A DNA stretch of 64,000 nucleotides from Lytechinus pictus. Its lineage: Eukaryota. Under the pieces are notes generated by a model that did no database searches, was not told the origin of the DNA, and worked only from the letters and a program-made list of their open reading frames with translations. The stretch is taken from positions 6,510,001-6,574,000 of the forward strand of contig NC_087263.1 of assembly GCF_037042905.1 (NCBI RefSeq). Reading direction: 5' to 3'. Shown one piece after another: positions 39,841-53,369 of the stretch; position 1 is the stretch's first letter; the number at the start of each line of letters is the position of its first letter. The translations under genes and the position numbers were made by a program.

Positions 39841-41249
39841 TTGGGGTGATTTGTAGAGTTGAAATAAAGTGTGTCATTCATGATTTCCATTCAACTGCTG
39901 GTCATCTACATCTATCGGAACTACCCACCTCCCTCTGTAACCATTACTGGGAGAAGCCAGGGGCTTGAAAATACCAATGTGAAGGGCTACGTGATTCGAG
40001 GAAGGAATTTGCCTCTCGGTTGCTCTAGAACCTGTTCTGTCATCGGTTTGAGTGCACACGAAAGAAGATCAGAGGATGACATTTGATTTAATAATGACTT
40101 CTTTTTTAAATAAGCCCAAAACAAATACGGTGAACGAGATCCAGATGACTTGAAGATGATATTTTCATCCATGTGTTTGTTCTTACTGTGCACGTTGGCT
40201 TGTCAGAACAAAGTACAGCGATATAAATTTTCAAAAGATGTTATTATAGAGCAACGCATTTTACATCATTCAAAAATTTACTATGTATCTTACTAGTTCT
40301 ATTATAATTCATACCCTTACGCAGATAGTACGCCTACCTGTGTGTCGCCCATTCATTTGGCTCATTTTCAAGATAGTAATTATTGTGAACTTTTAAGATA
40401 AGCAGAAATACAGAACTAAGTACACAAAGACTTTGATGGGCAAAATTGCGATTGATAACTTAAGTCATCTTTTCCCAATCAGACAGCAACATTTTCTATA
40501 TGTCGAAAATCATATAGGCCCCTAAGATAGGAAAGGTGAATCGTAATCTACACCCTTTAAGAGAAACCGCTAGTTTTGGATGAAGAGGGCCTTTACAGCC
40601 TATTTGTTGGGATTAGATCAATACCAATGAAAACCTTCTTAAGTTAACAAAACTGTTTTAGCTGGTAATGCTAGCTTAGATCAGTTGGTTAAACTGAAAT
40701 AATATTTCAGATAATGCCCATTTCATGTCCTAAAAATTCAAGGCTTTTGTGTTTAAATATACATGCATAAAACGTATTTCAAGTGGGTCACACTTTGATT
40801 TTTTTCTAGCCTCGTACGTGGCATCATGCTGAGACGGATGTATAAGTTCTGGAATCTCTGCCCTGCCTCTAGCGAATTAAAATATCAGTATCTAATCTAA
40901 AAGAGATGGCCTATCTCTAGTCAACCAGTGGTCCAGTTGTTTTCAGTCGAACTCTGTAGGAAAAAACATAGTGTTACACATTGTGTACACAAAGTGTTGT
41001 ATATGATAGGATTCACACTATTGCAATGATTCAAATTAATGAGAAAGTTCATTCTGACGGATACTTTTTTGTAAAAATAATTGGCTAACGTTTGAGGAAA
41101 ATTCATCAAAGGAGAAAAACTATTAATTATTTGATATGAAACGTCATAAGCGAGCAGTTTTCGTCAGGGTGAAGTTCCCATTTATCATTTAAAAAATGAT
41201 ACCATACTGTGGACACCACTCCAAAGTGTGGACATCTGTACCATGTAAG

Positions 41250-42137
41250 CAGGGGCGTCGATCCATTTTTCAGATTGGGCGGCAAACTCATGAATCAACG
41301 TTCCAAAGGCGCTTGATCACACAAAATAAACAAACTCACGCTCACACAAAGACCCACACTCAAACACACACACGCACCCACCCTCACACACAACACACAC
41401 ACTCATGGGAAAGAGACACATATCTCACGAACAAATAAATGCGAGCACGAATCGCGAGCTAAACATTTGTTAGTATACTGACCTGAAAACATGAAAAATG
41501 TACCTGTTTGGAACTGTTTGTAGTTACTCATGAGGATACATATCTCACTAAACAGATAATGCGAGTGCAGAGAGCGAGCTGAAATTTCTGTATATTCTGA
41601 CCTGAAAGCTTGATACTCTAATCATTTTTGGTACCGATGATTAAGATGGGCATCTATGATAACAATTGATTCGAGCGCGAAGCGCGCGAGCTGAAATTTT
41701 TGATATTTCGATTTGAAAATATTGACAGTTTAATGGACGTTTTTAATAAAGAACAAAATATATATCCAATAAACAATTATTGCAAATCAAAGCAGGAGTT
41801 CTTTTGAGGTTTAGAACTAAAAATGGACATTCGATTCACCTATTTAATCATGAAAAATATGGGTTTTTGCTAAAGAAATGATGCAAGCGCTACGCTGACA
41901 TTTTGATCACAATTTTAAATAAAGAACGAGTTGGGCATCTCAGTCTCGCTTGCCGATTTCTGTGTGACATTACAATATTATTTTATTTTTGCACATCCAA
42001 AATTATTATCATTTTTTATTTTATTTATTTATTATTATTTTTTTTTTTTTGGGGGGGGGGGGGGCAAAACGTTATGTTTACCCCCAATGTTTTAATTGGT
42101 GGGGCGATCACCCCCCCCCCCCGGGTCGACGTCTCTG
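41250..42137. mobile_element. Non-autonomous hAT element
   Basis: TIR CAGGGGCGTCGATCC / GGGTCGACGTCTCTG; 8-bp TSD CATGTAAG at 41242-41249 and 42138-42145; internal ~120-bp repeats (GCGAGCGCGAAGCGCGAGCTGAAATT-like) also seen at 63640-63960. Confidence 0.88.
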
Positions 42138-43862
42138 CATGTAAGTGTTGAAAGTGTGTTCACAAAGTGGACCATATGAAGATGGGATGTACACTCAGTT
42201 ACAATACTCCAGTGTGAATATAATATCATACTGTTGACAACCATTTCACAGTGTGGGTACCTGTAAAAATTAATATGATAGCCAACAGTTTGTTCACACA
42301 GGAGACTACTATGTGAAGATGGAACTTAAACACGGTCACAATCCTACAATTTCACAGCGTGAAGGTAATTTCTCATTGTGTGCACCTTTACAATGAATAG
42401 ATGATTTTACATTGTGAACTCCTTCACGATGGTGTGCTCACAGTGGGGTCGTATATAGTGAACAATGAGACAGAGCGATTAACTGTAAAAAATATACTCA
42501 TATCTTAACAGCGCGACGATAATTTCTAATTTTGTCACACTTTGCAACACCTTCTGAACACACCGTGGGGTAGACGGTGGGGACAGAAGGTGGGGACAGT
42601 TTTTCCCAGAACCCACACACCCTCACATACATGCATATATACATAAAAATAAATAAATATATATATATATATATATATTTAATATAATATATATATGTAT
42701 ATGTATATACATGTATATATATAATGTAATATATGTATACATACGGTATATATATTTTCTTTCTGATCACTACTATTATCAGTTTTCTTATCATCATTAT
42801 CGTAAATAACTTTAATGTTTTTATTGTTATTATATTATTGTCGCAATTAATGGTCATTTTAAATGTTAACATGACATATAATTATTTTCTGTTAGCTTAT
42901 TTCTTTTTGTTCCATTCGTGCTCGCGAGGCGAAGGCTCTATGAAAGTAAAATCCTTCTCTCCCCCTTCTCTGTATGTCATCGTCAACCCACCCCACTTAC
43001 ACACTCGCACACTTACTCTCTCTCTGTTATATATCTCTCTATTTATGTCTCTCTATCTAAATCTATCTGCCGACCGCAATTCCCAATTCGTAATTTTTCA
43101 TTCTCTCACTGATCTATCACGTTAAAATAAAATGTATATATACAGTATATTATTAATATTATGTGTATATGTGAACAATATAAAAAATATCACGTACAGA
43201 AGAGACTAAATTTATAATCCTATGTTTCACATTTTGTTTGTATTGTTGTTGCTTATTTATTTCCTATTAGATGTTTGGAGTAAAATAAGCAAATCTTAGT
43301 GTTTTCACCGAAGAAAGGAAATTTAAATTCACGACTTGTTTGCTTAAAAACTATCAAAACGTAAACACGTAATATATCCAATTACTAACATGAAATTGTG
43401 GTGTTTATGTATTTTTGAAAATGAGAGACCGTAGAATAAGGCTATTATCATGTCATTTGATATAACTTCTACTCATGTTATCGGAAGAAAGTGTTCGAGG
43501 TATAAAAATAGTTTCGACATTATGAGGGTTCAGACACGTACTCGAGTGATAATGACTGGTTCGGAATGTTTTGATATATTGTGTATACTTGTTTCCCTTC
43601 ATAATCGTGTGATTCGTCCTAGGGCTTCTTTATCTCGGGGACTCTGGACACTTTAAAATGTTGGGCAGTATACTGTCCACTGTGTTGGGTAATGTATGTT
43701 GGTAAAAAAATGTATTTATATATTCTGGGCGATTATTATCAAATTGAGCAAATTCATTACCCGTTTATTAGTTTTATTACCCAATATGACCAGATTTTAT
43801 GTTGCCTATAGGCTTAAAGAAAAGTTCGGCATTTTTTGCCCGACTATTTTAAAAATATAATG

Positions 43863-43863
<1 letters not shown>

Positions 43864-43945
<82 letters not shown>
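43864..43945. repeat. (TA)n microsatellite
   Basis: Direct inspection; a second (TA)n tract lies at 44275-44337. Confidence 0.95.
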
Positions 43946-43946
<1 letters not shown>

Positions 43947-44100
43947 GTGTACTGTATCAAAGCAATAGCTTTGATCCAGCTGAGGCATGGCGGCTTGTCA
44001 TTGTTCAAAACCCACCTTCACCCGACAAAGGAAATTATAATTGGTATGGTGTCGAAAATCTGACGGTCAATCGGATCGGGGTCGCCCTAGCCACTAACCC

Positions 44101-44172
44101 GTCTCTGTGGTCTAGTGGTTAAGGCACCGGCGTTCAAAGCTGGGGGCCCGGGTTCGATTCCCGGCAGAGACA
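44101..44172 (+). tRNA. tRNA-like gene (tRNA-Glu-like body) with TCA anticodon; possibly the head of a tRNA-derived repeat
   Basis: Acceptor GTCTCTG/CAGAGAC plus A; D stem GTCT/AGGC; anticodon stem CCGGC/GCTGG with loop GTTCAAA (TCA at 44134-44136); 4-nt variable loop; T arm CCGGG-TTCGATT-CCCGG; A and B boxes intact; T6 terminator directly downstream. Confidence 0.65.
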
Positions 44173-44210
44173 TTTTTTCGGCATCACCAATTTTTCCAAA
44201 AGGGTAGATA

Positions 44211-44271
44211 GCTCTGGGGAACCTTGATTTAAGCTACGCCTACCATTGTTCTCTTCATCCATTTCTTTCAC

Positions 44272-44340
<69 letters not shown>

Positions 44341-44530
44341 TGAAAGAAATGGATGAATAGAACAATGGTAAGCGTAGCTTAAATCAAGGTTCTCCAGAGC
44401 TTGAGCTCTGCCCCAGGCAGATACCTTTTTTCGGCATTACCAATTTTTCCAAAGGGTAGATAGCTCTGTAGAACCTTAATTTTAAGCTACGCCTACCATT
44501 GTTCTCTTCATTCATTTCTTTCACACAATA
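44211..44530. repeat. Fold-back (44211-44270 / 44340-44400) around (TA)n, plus a direct copy (~44420-44530)
   Basis: GAACCTTGATTTAAGCTACGCCTACCATTGTTC..TTCATCCATTTCTTTCAC is present forward, inverted, then forward again. Confidence 0.85.
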
Positions 44531-44572
44531 TTTAATAAAAGAGTTGCCAAAGCTGTTGTACATGTATAACTT

Positions 44573-44608
<36 letters not shown>

Positions 44609-46167
44609 CATACGCACATCCATAACAACATGCGGTCACAACGAGAAATAATTTTTTTTTAGTAGTTGACAAGAATAACAAGCAGAGAGCTTATTGACAT
44701 TATTTTATTTATGAATGAAATTTTACGATCGTTTTTTGAAAAAAAAGCACTGCACAGCATCGTCAATAAAATCAAATAAATCAACATTAAAAAAGAATTC
44801 CCATAAGTCAATATAGAAGTCTCAATAGTATATGGTTTAAAATTTAGCACATACATTCATTTTTTTTCCTTAGATAAACACAAGCATACATTGTTATATA
44901 TATTCATTGATTTTAACGTATGATAAAAGAGCTCAGTTGATTAAATCACTACATCAAAACATGGGTGCCGTGGTCGAGGGTCGAGCCCAGTCAGGCGCCT
45001 TCGACAACTCTACCATGGTACCTCACTATTACAAAATGTAAACGCCATCTACGTCCTATTTTGAACATATTTACATAAACTCGCACGACAGTCCTGCAAA
45101 TATAATTATAGACATGTTTTGAATTGTGATTTGAGAAAGAGAATTATGATGAATAACTGTTCAATGGCAACATTGAAATGTTAAATTTTTAAAATAATAT
45201 AATCCAGCGTAATCTAAAGAGTGGAGGAATGTTATCCATTTTTTCCTTCTTCTTTACAACAATAAGGAAGATGGCTGCTGCCTATTGCCTCAAGGTTGAC
45301 TATGATAATTGATAGAGGTGAATCAAGGCTTTCCTTCGCCACTAATAAAGTGTCGGTCATAAATTCAACATAAAACCAAATATTCTTTCATTCAACTATG
45401 TTAACGCGTATTGTCCATGAAAAGTGTCAATAAGAATAAACTTGCTTTTCGACAAATTGTTTGCAATCTTTCTTCTTTGATTATGAGAACCTTATGTTCT
45501 CCCGTCACTATTCTACATATAATTTACGCAAATTGAGTAGAAATTGATTGAATTCGAATCAAAATGTAAACCTGAAGACAAAATTCGGTTCTATTTGCCC
45601 TGCATAATATACCTCGAGTAAGTACCATAAAGAGGGGGGGGGGGGTTAAAGAATAAGAAAACATGACTGGGCCATCTCTTTATCAAGGTCATGGGCAATG
45701 AATGAATGCGTTGAATTCTTTCACGTATTTTTCGAAGTCAGGTTTGCTGATACCAGTTGGACGTTACAAGTGAAACTTAACCCGCCGGGATATAAATCAT
45801 TGTTATTGCGTTGCTAACGGAGGGTGAGGGTGACTACCCCACGCGGCAACAATGGCACTAAAAAGATGTTCTATGAGGTGACGAACGATACAATTATTAC
45901 CACTATAATGTTTTTTGGGGAGGGGTCACACTCAGTGCAAATACAAGCATACGATATAGAGAGAAAGAATGAGATCAGGGTGGTCTTATGAAATCATGGA
46001 CCATTTAAATACAGATGAGCACTCATCGCTGAATTAATGAATTCACTAACATGTGGATGTCATTATGCTCTGAATAACATTCTCTTCATATTTGTCTACT
46101 TTGATCCTACTGTGTTCCGCCGTCATTAAGGCCATGAGTTGAAAGAAGCAGTTCGTGATAAGACATT

Positions 46168-46836
46168 AGTGGGTTTTCGCCCAGCGTCGTACGACGTAGA
46201 ACGTACGTGTGCAAAAATCGCCAACTTTCATGGAAACAGAGGCCCGAGCGTTCTTGAGCTCAAATCACGGACGGTTCTTCCGCAAATTAGCGGGCGTCCG
46301 CATTAGAACGTAGGATTTGTCAACAGCCGTCAACAGCCAATCAGATCGCTTGTAGAGCGAGCAAGCTGAGCCGATCGATGTAAACACATTCGCCCATCGC
46401 GTGCATGCACATGTTGTACTCTACTCTGACTACACTGATAGCTGAAAGCTTCAAAACATGGACTCGAATGCGAGTTTTTCGGTGAGTACCATTTCAATTA
46501 TACTAAAATCAAGCTAAGTATAATTTCAAAATGTTACAGTAGAAGTTTAAACGAGTATGATTATTGAAATATGATTGAAAAGCCGTTGCATGGCTCGGTC
46601 GACGACGCGACTGCAAGACACATGGCACTGCCAGTTGTGTGCACATAGTAGGAACATATACAATGCACATGTTGGCGTGTCAACATTACATGCCAACCAT
46701 GCCAGCCGGTCGATCCGGCCGCGTTCAGCGATTTGCGAAACTGCTTACAAGCGAGAGTTGAGCGCGACGGACGCACGAACAAAGAGATCGTTCTACGTCG
46801 TAGATAGCGTCGTACGACGCTGGGCGAAAACCCACT
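46168..46836. mobile_element. Non-autonomous DNA transposon with ~30-bp perfect TIRs
   Basis: AGTGGGTTTTCGCCCAGCGTCGTACGACG / CGTCGTACGACGCTGGGCGAAAACCCACT; superfamily uncertain. Confidence 0.85.
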
Positions 46837-49194
46837 ATTGATATTGCACAAACTGTATGCGGAGAAGATGATATATCACTTAAATCCTGGCAAATCGATG
46901 TGCAATTCTGGTTTACCTTTGGATATCTTAGTTCGATGTGTATTATCTGAGAAAATAAATGCATATCTGAAGATAGAGATAATATTGTGATTGATTGTGT
47001 ATGTTCATAATCCCTTTTGTTTCCAAGTTTCCTCCTAATCCGGAGATACATGACACATAGCCCGATATCATGTAGAGATCGTGTATCTTTCATTGAATGC
47101 TATTAAGGTCATTGTGTGGCTAAAACATATTTCATATCATTAAATCGTCTGCTTCTTAATTTTCCTGCTCCATATCTGAAGCATGTTGATTGAAAGGCAT
47201 ATTTTGATACAGGATATCACCCAACAAAACCCAACAAGAGGGAATCTGTCGCTTTTAAAAGATCAGATACACTTTGATAGTCGCCATTGTCAAAATACGT
47301 GTATGTTCTCAATATTGCCTCAGTCACAGTGCTCTACGTCCATTTCAAAATTTCGAAGGCTTGGCGCTGTAAGCCTGCGTCCCACAACGGATCAGTTACG
47401 AAGAGTTACGTCTGTTTGCGACCCTGCGGATGTATGCGTCCATGTCACGTCCACAAATCCGAATCTATCCGCGGCGGACGTAAATCAACGTAAGTGATTT
47501 GTGACTGTAGCTTTAGATATTCATATTTATTTGGCGGCGGATCTCGTTGATTGGAAGAAAGAATTGCGTTGAATGTCCATCTGTAAATAGGTCCATGTAA
47601 TAATCAAACCGATTTTTAGCTCCAGACTGAACAGGAATATCAATCCTTGCATCGTTAGAGAATGTTAGTTACCATCTGCCTTCATTTAAATTTCTTGGTA
47701 AAGAAAATGTACCAAATAAGAAGGAAATATGATATATTCGTATCATCAAGTTCTTTATATTTCATAATTGTAGACTTTTTATGAACTTGTATCCGCATGA
47801 AAGCATTTTTCTCGATGAATGAGGTGGCAAATGACATTCCATAACACTGTGGTCAAATATATAAGGTTGATCCTACCATTGCAATGAAATGTCTACCTAT
47901 AGGTCTACTATAGAAGTATGAAGGGGGGGGGGGGGGCTTGTCTGCGCATCTAAAATTTAACTTAAGTTTAAACGTGAGTTTATTTTTATTCCACAAAAAC
48001 ACTTGATAATGCTTATTTTTAATATTTTTATGAATAAGTGTGCCAAAAACCTACGAAAAATTTTGAAAAAAATAAAAATGTGAAATTTTATTGTAAAAAC
48101 CTCGGCCAGTCATTTTCAGATTGAACCAAAAATTGTGCCTCTTGTTTTGCACCCATTTACTTTACACACGATCAATTCGGGGGTTTTGATGAGAAAGTCT
48201 GCATTTTGAGGACGTCACATGAAATGCCTGAATATCAATATTTTCCCACCATTTTGAGTCAGGTTTTGAAATGATTATCTATCTATGTATTGCAGATGTA
48301 AAGTGTGTGGTCGTTGTGTGTCTTCTTTCATTGGAATCGAGCAGATACGTGTGTGCGCAGACAAGGGGCACTGCGCAGACCTTGGGCACCTTACCATACG
48401 AATTTTAACAGTTCAAAGGTTATTATTATTGCTTTAACTTGACTGATTTTTAAATAGCCTTTTAGAATACATATTCAGTTTAGGCAAAGCATATGTGGTG
48501 AATGGTGTGAACACATTTCTTGTTTATTGTGAATTAACAATAATTTTTTTCTCCAATTTAGATGTCTAAGCGGTAATATATTCCATAATCATGATGATGA
48601 TAACCCAGGCTTTTTCTTAGAAATAAAACCTTTTACAATTATATCATTTTTTTCTGGAAGCAAGGGGGTTGTATGATAACAACCAAGGGCAGATTGAAGA
48701 TTACCCCAGAGAGGGGTGGCAAAAGTTTGATGACAAAAATAGGAAAAGGGTCAAAGATCATTGTTCACTTTTTTTTGGCTGAGGTTATAAGTGTGTGTGG
48801 GCCCGGTGAGAGTGCGAAAGTGTGTGGGTGTTATGGGTTTCTTTGTTTTAAAGAATTGATTATATTTATCCACAGGTCGTTCTATCATATTAGCATGGTA
48901 AGCACAAACGAACCAGTAGCCTGAATAGCGACCTCAAGTCCTCATCTACTCACATCTGGCCAGCATAATGCAACATTCTGTGCTGTGAAGTCTTGTAATA
49001 TAGACCCAAATCAATGATAGCATTCTAATTCACTACTCTGTACTTTCACATCACGCTAATTAGCAAAACAACAAGTACTTTCCTTTCGTAAACGTTTCAG
49101 CTTCTCGGTATGAATAAGACTTTAGGCTTGTTCATACTTTGTATTTTTGTCTCAAATTTATCTCAAAATGTTTATATATCAGAATTCTTCTTTA

Positions 49195-49385
49195 TAGGTA
49201 GTACTGTGTGCGCCTCACAGGCGACTGACTGGAATACTCCCTAGGGACTGGAGGATGTGCATACAATGTGTGCGGGAATGACTGATTAAATCCGATGACC
49301 GGGGTAATAATATATCTGTAAAGCGCTTAGACACGTCGTTCCGATGTATTAAGCGCTATATAAAAACGGATTATCATTATTATTT
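49195..49385 (+). mobile_element. SINE 3' portion with an L2-type tail
   Basis: CTGTAAAGCGCTTAGA...AAGCGCTATATAAAAA...(ATT)n ending. Confidence 0.6.
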
Positions 49386-49939
49386 ATAACACAAATCCAG
49401 TAAGATACCATAAAAATGTTGGTCATTTCGCTCCCTTCAATTTATTTTTTTCATTCTTCTTATATGACGAAAGATTAATTTATGATCTTCGCATCGGTAG
49501 CAGTGATAATATTTCGTGCGAAATTTATTGATACAGAGGGCGCCTGTGGAAATTGAGCAAACTCGCAAAATCAATTTCCAAGATAGGAGGGACAGACACT
49601 GTCATGTTCTTGCTTACAGAGTCAATTAGGCTGTCAGTCTGACTGAATATGATTCTCTCTCTCTCTCTCTTTACAGTATTCCATTCTTTCTCTCTTCATC
49701 TACCTATCTCCTCCTCCACTGTTCAATGCCATAACGGTCATGATCATAAACTCTCCGTCCCTGATTTAGGAAAATTACACTATTGCCTTTTCGAAATCGC
49801 TCCACTTTTTTTCAAAATCATCCCCATGATGAAGAAAGAACTCAAACGTTATGTACCTATTATCAGAACCACTGAATGTAATGAATTTAATGAAATTTTC
49901 AGGAAAAGCACTCAAAGTGTAAACAATTAAAGCATATCT

Positions 49940-50122
49940 TATGCTAGGAGTCCACTGGGCCGTCGCTAGTTTGTGCCAGTTCGTGCCAACGCAAAGCGGC
50001 TGTGGCGCCTAGTGTCGCCACATAGGTGTCTACATGCGTGCAGTGGTCCAAACTGCCTCCCAACTATCGCGTGGTGGCGCGAACTGGTACCAACTGGCGA
50101 CGGCCCAGTTGCCTTCTAACAT
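49940..50122. mobile_element. Short fold-back MITE
   Basis: ACTGGGCCGTCGCTAGTTTGTGCCAGTTCG / CGAACTGGTACCAACTGGCGACGGCCCAGT. Confidence 0.7.
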
Positions 50123-50778
50123 AACAAAATATCATATTCGTTACACACATAAGTGATAGCAGTAAGCCTAGTTGCTACAACGATATTTTGTCAAGTGTTG
50201 TTCTTATGAACCTGGATTTTCGTCTAATTCAAACTCTGGTCTAAAGTTTGTGGTTCAAGTACCAATAAATTGTGACAGGTGTCTCTAACAGTACAAGTGT
50301 AGTTGTCATCTCACTTGACAATAAAATTATTTGTCACAGACTTGGAATAATTACTAAATTTGTTTTCTTCTTCATTAAAGGACAAGTCCACCCCAACAAA
50401 AAGTTGGCTTGAATAAATAAAGAAAAATCCAACAAGCATACCAGTGAAAATTTCATCAAAATCAGATGTAAGATAAGAAAGTTATGATATTTTAAAGTTT
50501 TACTTAATTTCAAGAAATAATTATTTTCACACCCTGGTCGGTATGCAAATGAGGAGACTGAGGACATCATCCACTCACTATTTCTTTTGTATTTCATTAC
50601 ATGAAATATAAAATATTATAATTTACTCATCATTGTCATGTGAAATGAATTTTGATTTCTTCCTGAACGTGTGTAATTATCATTGTTTTAATGTTTTGTG
50701 GTTAAAACAAGATGGTCCTTATTGTCAAAGCTGTAAAAATTGAAATATTGTACAATTCACACAATAAAAAAACAACAG

Positions 50779-51911
50779 ATGTTAGATTCAGCCCCCTGTC
50801 GCCCATGGGTTTGGTGGCGTTACATAGACGACATTTTCTTCATCTGGACCAGGGATGAAGATAGCCTCCATACATTCATTGACCACATCAATTCCTTCCA
50901 CAGGACCATCAAATTCACTTCTGATTTCTCCCAACAGGAAACCCACTTCCTTGATGTCACAGTCCAGAAAAAGTTTAACGGTATCACCACTACCCTATAC
51001 TCTAAACCCACAGATACCAACCAGTACCTCCACTCATCCAGCTGCCACCCCCGTCACTGCAAAACCGGCATCGCTTACAGTCAAGCCCTCAGACTTCGCC
51101 GTATCTGCTCCGAGGACCCTGATTTTTCCTTCCATGCCAGAAATTTGCAGAAACATCTCTGTGCCAGGGGCCACGGGGCCAGGGCAGTCCAACTGGCAAT
51201 TAACAAAGTTCGTTCTCTCCCCAGATCTGAAGTTCTCAAACCAAAAAGTGACAAGGAGACTACCGACAGAATACCGCTTGTGACCACCTTCCATCCCAAT
51301 CTACCCCCTCTCCGCAAAATCCTGTGTGATAACCACCACATTTTACACACTTCTGATCGTCTCCAACAGGCCGTTCCCGATACTCCCCTTCTAGCATACC
51401 GACGCTCACCGAATCTCAGGGACCTCATTGTTCGTGCTGAAGTGCCCTCCCTCACTAACCATTCTTCTCCCATACAGCATGGCACATTCAAATGCACCAG
51501 CAACAGGTGCATCATATGTGAAATACACTTTCACGAGGGCGACACTTTCACCAGCAACTCTACCAGCCTGTCTCACCAAATCAAGGGCAACATAACATGC
51601 ACTACCACTAATGTTGTATATCTCATCACTTGCAGAGTTTGTAGGGTACAATACATAGGGGAAACCGAGACCACACTCAAGAGACGATTCTATACGGGCA
51701 CAGATCCACCGTCAACACAGCAAAGCTGGACACTCCGGTTGGCCGCCATTTTAACCTCCCCAACCACTCCATCACTGACATGATGCTACAGGGCATCGAA
51801 TCTTTAGGTACCCGTCCTGACTCAGTCCGTACTAGCAGAGAGAAGCTCTGGATGAGACGACTTCGCACCACCCAACCTCATGGCCTGAACATCCAAGAGG
51901 GGAACGACTGA
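50779..51911 (+). pseudogene. Penelope RT/GIY-YIG ORF remnant
   Basis: WWRYIDDIF, INSFHRTIKFT, FLDV, LYSKPTD, YLHSSSCHP, NVVYLITC..CRVQYIGET. Frameshift at ~51693, then GHRSTV..HFN..REKLWMRRLRT..PHGLN, stop at 51909-51911. Confidence 0.9.
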
Positions 51912-53330
51912 TTTTTCTTTCCTATCCACTTTCAATTTATATATACATATCATTTTCCCCTCAGCTCTTTTGAATAGTTACATTATAGTTTCTTCCTCTA
52001 CTTTCCTCCCATATCTCATACAAGCTCAGCTCCAATTTTTCCTTCCTTATTCAGGCGATATAATAATTATTATATATATTTTTTTTTTCTCCACTCACCT
52101 CTTTTAGATTTACCATATTTGCTTATTTACATGAATTGAATTGAATTGAATTTATTAGAACTTCACTGGCAATTGCCAGCATTTTGTTCATAACAAGAAG
52201 TACAAAATGATACAAGACAAATATACAATGCAAGGAATATAAGCAAATAAACAAAAACAAAATAGTATTTCGTCAAAAAGAAAAAAAAGAAAAAAGAAAC
52301 AACTTGTAAATTATATACAAATATACACAATAAACATAGGAATCATTCGGATAGATATTTTGACAATGGATATAGAGACTGATATCCAAGAAAAGATAAA
52401 GAAAACATAAAGAAAGTGAGAGAGGAAAGGGAAATAAAGAGGGAAGAAGTTCGAAAATGGAGAGAGCCGGAAAGAGAGGAAGAATGAGAAGAATGGCATT
52501 ACATGTAAATTCATTGTGTAAAAATATTGCGAATATATTACTTCAAAGTGTTTACCGGTTGATATATTTAGTACTTAGAAATCACCCCTAATAGCAATTA
52601 TGTTTTGGATAAAAGAACAAAACAATTTAATCAAGGCTTCAGTTTCCAATTTCATGATACATGTATACTATGGTTTCTTCATAATACACCCCCTCTCTTC
52701 TATATTTGCTTTTACCTTTTTAGGCAATTTGCTTCCTCTTTTTCACATATACAGGTGTTTTTTTTTTCCTACTTTATAGTCCTATGTTTTTTCCCGTCAC
52801 ACCTAGCGGATTACAATATCAGTTACACCATATGAGTATTTAAATTTTTTCATATACATTTCTTTTTTGGATATATTTATATACATATCACTTATAGATA
52901 CATATTTACACTTACCTTCTTCTCTTAGTTTGTTTAATGCTTTATCATATATACTTATATGTCTTTTGCACATTATCAGTTGTTCCCCATTCTTTTCCTT
53001 TTTTCCCCCATTCTTACGCACCAGTTTATTATGCCTTTCTTTGTAACCTGTTTGACCCACCTCTCACTAATTCTCTAGTTATTCACCCCTCTATCACTGT
53101 TTTGTTCCAGATCCTGTTTGATGTTACCTGCCTCATTATCTTAATCCCTCTTGGCCTTACTTACACTAACTTCCCTTTGTGTCTGCCTACTCCTTTTCTT
53201 TCATCCCCTTCACTAACCTGATTGGTCTTCTCTACTCACTAATGCCCCTTTTGTCTCCTTGTTTCTAGTGTTGCTGTAGCTTGTTTGTGGTCTATATTAT
53301 GGTTGTTCCACTTTATATGTTTGTCATTTT

Positions 53331-53369
53331 GCCTCCGACGAAGATTCTGCTAGGATCGAAAGCTTAGGC
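53331..53369 (+). ncRNA. Minimal type I hammerhead ribozyme-like motif of the Penelope element
   Basis: GCCT-CCGACGA-A-GATTCT-GCT-AGGATC-GAAA-GC-TT-AGGC: stem I GCCU/AGGC, core CUGANGA variant (U4 to C), 6-bp stem II, GAAA, palindromic AAGCUU in place of stem III. Confidence 0.65.

Noticed and set aside
42498-44063. Hydrophobic or IY-rich ORFs (also 527-929, 17637-17858, 18118-18663, 29940-30210)
   Set aside because: They are translations of microsatellites and low-complexity DNA.
44101-44172. Selenocysteine tRNA
   Set aside because: No long variable arm and a standard 7-bp acceptor stem; the body is not tRNA-Sec-like.
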